DNA of 64,000 nt from a bacterium (GTDB taxonomy: Bacteria; SAR324; JACQKK01), in contig OZ251219.1 in assembly GCA_965240465.1 (NCBI GenBank), forward strand, positions 320,001-384,000, in the 5' to 3' direction. This document shows, piece by piece, positions 60,974-64,000 of the stretch (the stretch's first letter is position 1; every line of letters begins with the position of its first letter). The notes below the pieces were generated by a model, which was not told where the DNA came from, searched no databases, and saw only the letters and a program-made list of their open reading frames with translations. Made by a program: the position numbers and the translations under genes.

Positions 60974-61396
60974 ATGAATAATACCTTTATAGCTAATGCT
61001 TTATTTGTTTTCTTTTTGTTATCTGCTTGTAGCGGGATAGCCAAATATCCTACTCCACCCGTAAATCTGTTCTCCAACAATAACCAAGGAGCAGAAAAAA
61101 AAGTCTGGATAGAAGAGATCATCCCTCAAGCATGTGCTTCCGGTAGCAAACACAGGAAGGTAAAAAGTTGCACCAAAAAAGGAAAAAAATATCTAGAACG
61201 TGAAGCCTCGCCAGCCATAATTGTTGGAAATATGTGCCGTCAATTTACTTCTTATCTCAGTCAGGCATCCTGCTTTAAGCAAGCTGCCGACAATTCCCGA
61301 CATGGACCCCTATTGACATTCAAAAATAGCTGTGCCGATACCCAAAAAACCCCCAAGGACTTCGTTAGATGCATCAATAGTGGATACAATTTGTAA
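60974..61396 (+). CDS. Small Cys-rich lipoprotein
   Basis: FFLLSAC lipobox; six further Cys residues. Confidence 0.65.
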   Translation: MNNTFIANALFVFFLLSACSGIAKYPTPPVNLFSNNNQGAEKKVWIEEIIPQACASGSKHRKVKSCTKKGKKYLEREASPAIIVGNMCRQFTSYLSQASCFKQAADNSRHGPLLTFKNSCADTQKTPKDFVRCINSGYNL

Positions 61397-61462
61397 GGGC
61401 TCGGTTCTGCTATTCGTCCCGCAGTCAAATTGAGAATTCAGGCATTTGTTATGCCCGCGGGA

Positions 61463-62299
61463 TCACAGCCAGCGGACCTCGGTCCCCGCGTGTAAATACT
61501 GATACCCATTTGCTAGGCGTACTTTCAGCAAACCTTGTTCATTTACGCCTTCTATGACCCCCTTGTGCCATTGACCCTCCAACCTCAGCTGCACCCGACC
61601 ACTCCCCCACCATGCCAACCGACGCCAACTCTCTAAGCAGGCACTAAGACCGATAGATTTCCCCGTACCACCACCTGACCCAGCTGCTATCGGCTCTACT
61701 TGGCAGCGTCCACGCCAAGCAAATAACCGTGCCAAGATTTTTCCAAACAAAGCTGACATAACCACTTCCTGACCCAGTAATTCGCTCAGCGTGCTTAACC
61801 GAGAACGCAATGCTACTGGATATTCCTTCAGAGACCCCCGTACATTCACTCCCACTCCTATCACTAAAGCTTGCCGACCTCCATTATATCGCCCTCCTTC
61901 CACCAACACCCCAGCTATCTTTTTACCCTCCTTACTATCCGATGCTACCCCGAGTACATCATTCGGCCACTTCAGGCGACATTCCAAACCGCTCTCCTCA
62001 CACACCGCCTCAGCCACTGCCACCGAGACCATCAAACCCATCAAACCCACCGCAGACTGCGGCCAGCCATGCCACACCAAGCTAAATTGCAACTGCTTTC
62101 CCGACACCGAAAACCATTTCCGACCCCGATGACCCTTACCTCCAACTTGATGTAAAGCACACACAACTAAGCCATCTTCTGTCAAAAACTCCTTCTCTGC
62201 CAAGAGCAGCTCATTAGTGGACTTCACCTTCGGCAATACCACCAGTCGCCAGCCACTAGGCACGGTAGTCTGCGATATTTGAGTAAGGAGATCTGTCAT
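61463..62299 (-). CDS. birA: Biotin--[acetyl-CoA carboxylase] ligase (no HTH)
   Basis: STN, Q.GGKGHRGRKW, LKWPNDV, KKIAGVL.E, IGVGVN. Confidence 0.92.
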   Translation of the reverse strand: MTDLLTQISQTTVPSGWRLVVLPKVKSTNELLLAEKEFLTEDGLVVCALHQVGGKGHRGRKWFSVSGKQLQFSLVWHGWPQSAVGLMGLMVSVAVAEAVCEESGLECRLKWPNDVLGVASDSKEGKKIAGVLVEGGRYNGGRQALVIGVGVNVRGSLKEYPVALRSRLSTLSELLGQEVVMSALFGKILARLFAWRGRCQVEPIAAGSGGGTGKSIGLSACLESWRRLAWWGSGRVQLRLEGQWHKGVIEGVNEQGLLKVRLANGYQYLHAGTEVRWL

Positions 62300-62384
62300 T
62301 GGGTTTTCCTTTTTTATCTTTTAGCTAGCTATTTCTAGTAGCTTAGATCCAGAACTTTTTTTAGGCATTGCCTTACATCCCAAT

Positions 62385-63524
62385 CTACCTCAGCCACACC
62401 GAAACCACCCTTGAGGACAACGACGCCCGACTGTTTTTGTCGCGAGGGATGTTAACCAAAGCTTCAATTTGGGATTCAATTCCACTGGCATCAGTAATGA
62501 TGCTAACCCAGTAATAAGTGTTAATAGTGGATAAAAGATAGTTGGTACCAAAATTATCGTTAAAACCCAGTTCCTCCAATGCTTTTGACAAGGATTGAGT
62601 ACCATAGAGGGGACGAATTTCATCTTCTGGCAAAAGCACCGCGGCGATTTCCTCAGCTCGGTCGGCGTAGGGCTGAATGCCATCTCTGGTAATACGATTG
62701 TTATTAGAGCTAAGAGTGCTAGTGAATTGACGGCGTTTTAGGTGAGAGACAATTTCCTGACGACTAGCGGTGTTAACATTGATCCTCTCTGGTAGAAACC
62801 AGCTTTGGTTGCCAAAGCGAGGTAGCACAGTAAAATAATTGTTCCAAGTTCCCCAAGGAATTTTGCTTTCTAGTACTCCACGCAACAAGCGGATCTCGTT
62901 GAAATCATCCAACATGCTATTTTTTACAGCTACAGGCAGGATGCCAAATGAATAAGATTCCGACTCAGCTCCTGAGGCTCCACTGGCACCATTGTATTCA
63001 GTATCATCGCTATCAGTCCAATCAACCGTGGCCGCATATATCTGAGCTGCGATGTATTCTGAAACATTTTCTGGTGGGGCTCCCAGTTGAATGGCAGGCA
63101 GGGGAATTTCCTGCATAGTCGCCCAAAACAACTCCCAGCGAATCCGATCTCGGTCGCTATTGGGTTGCAGGCTATTTAATTCATTAAGATTGTAAAGATG
63201 GTCAAGGGGGCGGACCGATATTGATTGGACTATCACATTGCCAAATCGTAGCTGCTTTTTCCCCGCCAATGCTTGCAATTTAGCTAATTCAGTGAAAAAC
63301 AATACCTCATCCAATTGCATAACTTTAGTGATCAGCCTAAGTCCTGAGCGAGCTGCATAGCGTGCCTTTTGGGCATCTTGGTGGGTACGCAATGCCCGAA
63401 TTTCCAAACCCATATCAAAGAATGATTCGCTGACAAATACCGTCAACAACAACACCGCCAGTAAGACGGTCAGCAAGGCTACCCCCCTTGGTTTCACAAC
63501 AGAAGATGATGATGCAGGCAACAT
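62385..63524 (-). CDS. gspK: Type II secretion minor pseudopilin K
   Basis: RG/VALLTVLL prepilin site without E5; NLN.L, DWTDSD, KN....EIRLLRG, RINVNTAS. Confidence 0.85.
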   Translation of the reverse strand: MLPASSSSVVKPRGVALLTVLLAVLLLTVFVSESFFDMGLEIRALRTHQDAQKARYAARSGLRLITKVMQLDEVLFFTELAKLQALAGKKQLRFGNVIVQSISVRPLDHLYNLNELNSLQPNSDRDRIRWELFWATMQEIPLPAIQLGAPPENVSEYIAAQIYAATVDWTDSDDTEYNGASGASGAESESYSFGILPVAVKNSMLDDFNEIRLLRGVLESKIPWGTWNNYFTVLPRFGNQSWFLPERINVNTASRQEIVSHLKRRQFTSTLSSNNNRITRDGIQPYADRAEEIAAVLLPEDEIRPLYGTQSLSKALEELGFNDNFGTNYLLSTINTYYWVSIITDASGIESQIEALVNIPRDKNSRASLSSRVVSVWLR

Positions 63525-63559
63525 AGCACAAGATGCAATAGGTTCAATAATCCAAGCGA

Positions 63560-64000
63560 TTAGAGTTTAATAACTTCAGAAGTCAGATTTATTTCTATTT
63601 GGTGTACTTCCAGCTTGACTGGGATTTCCTCAGCTTGAGGATGATTGTCTTCTACTGCAATTTTAAGCGTAAAGCGGATCGCCAACGGCAAACTCCGCGA
63701 GGTTTTGGAATCCCATTTTTGGATCCATTTTGCTCGGGGAGATGATAAAAATTCTACCTGAAAACCACGTAACCTCTCGGTGATGGTGAACTGGCGTCCG
63801 CCTTCTTGGATGTTGTCATCCAGATAATAATCTTCCCGACGAATGAGTCGAAAATTTTCCGGGTCATCAGTTTCTTCAATCAGGTATCCAATTTCATGTA
63901 GTCGGGGATCCGCCTCTGGTTTCTCACGATGCAACAAAGCTGGTCGGGTTGCATGAAAACTAAGCTCGGTGAACTTCCCCTCTGGACTCAGCTGCTTGGT
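63560..64000 (-). CDS. Type II secretion pseudopilin J-like protein, 3' part (runs off window)
   Basis: EIGY....LIRRED...D...GG and W...WDS....LP.AIR; directly upstream of gspK. Confidence 0.65.
   Translation of the reverse strand, partial: TKQLSPEGKFTELSFHATRPALLHREKPEADPRLHEIGYLIEETDDPENFRLIRREDYYLDDNIQEGGRQFTITERLRGFQVEFLSSPRAKWIQKWDSKTSRSLPLAIRFTLKIAVEDNHPQAEEIPVKLEVHQIEINLTSEVIKL

Overview
Window from a diderm bacterium; the lineage cannot be fixed from sequence alone. It has two distinct halves. (1) Positions 1-30.8 kb hold a head-to-tail array of at least 13 paralogous surface-lipoprotein genes, all on the + strand, with the first cut off by the window edge. Each copy has a lipobox signal peptide, Asp-rich thrombospondin type-3-like Ca-binding repeats, a conserved Cys-containing linker, Gly-rich GLUG-type (VGGLVG) repeats and a near-invariant C-terminal LLCxQ...DFVQC motif. 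The copies are mosaics of shared blocks, separated by recurrent promoter, hairpin and terminator cassettes. Between copies 12 and 13 lies a ~630-nt segment with no credible ORF, its own sigma70-like promoter and extensive + strand base-pairing; this candidate large structured RNA is the most novel-looking item. The array ends at tRNA-Ser(GCT). (2) Positions 31-64 kb are mostly housekeeping: flippase, lysA, gcvT, murE, tRNA-Gln, LpoA-like protein, SurA-like protein, hemC, pgk, gap, ribBA, ribH, CCA enzyme, leuS, a DNA methyltransferase-HNH fusion, site-2 protease, a TPR-like protein, a TIGR04283/04282-like transferase pair, birA, gspK and a GspJ-like gene. This half has many short tandem duplications at gene edges and an apparent saw-tooth C-to-G strand skew. 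All calls come from reading motifs by eye; no database searches or folding programs were run.
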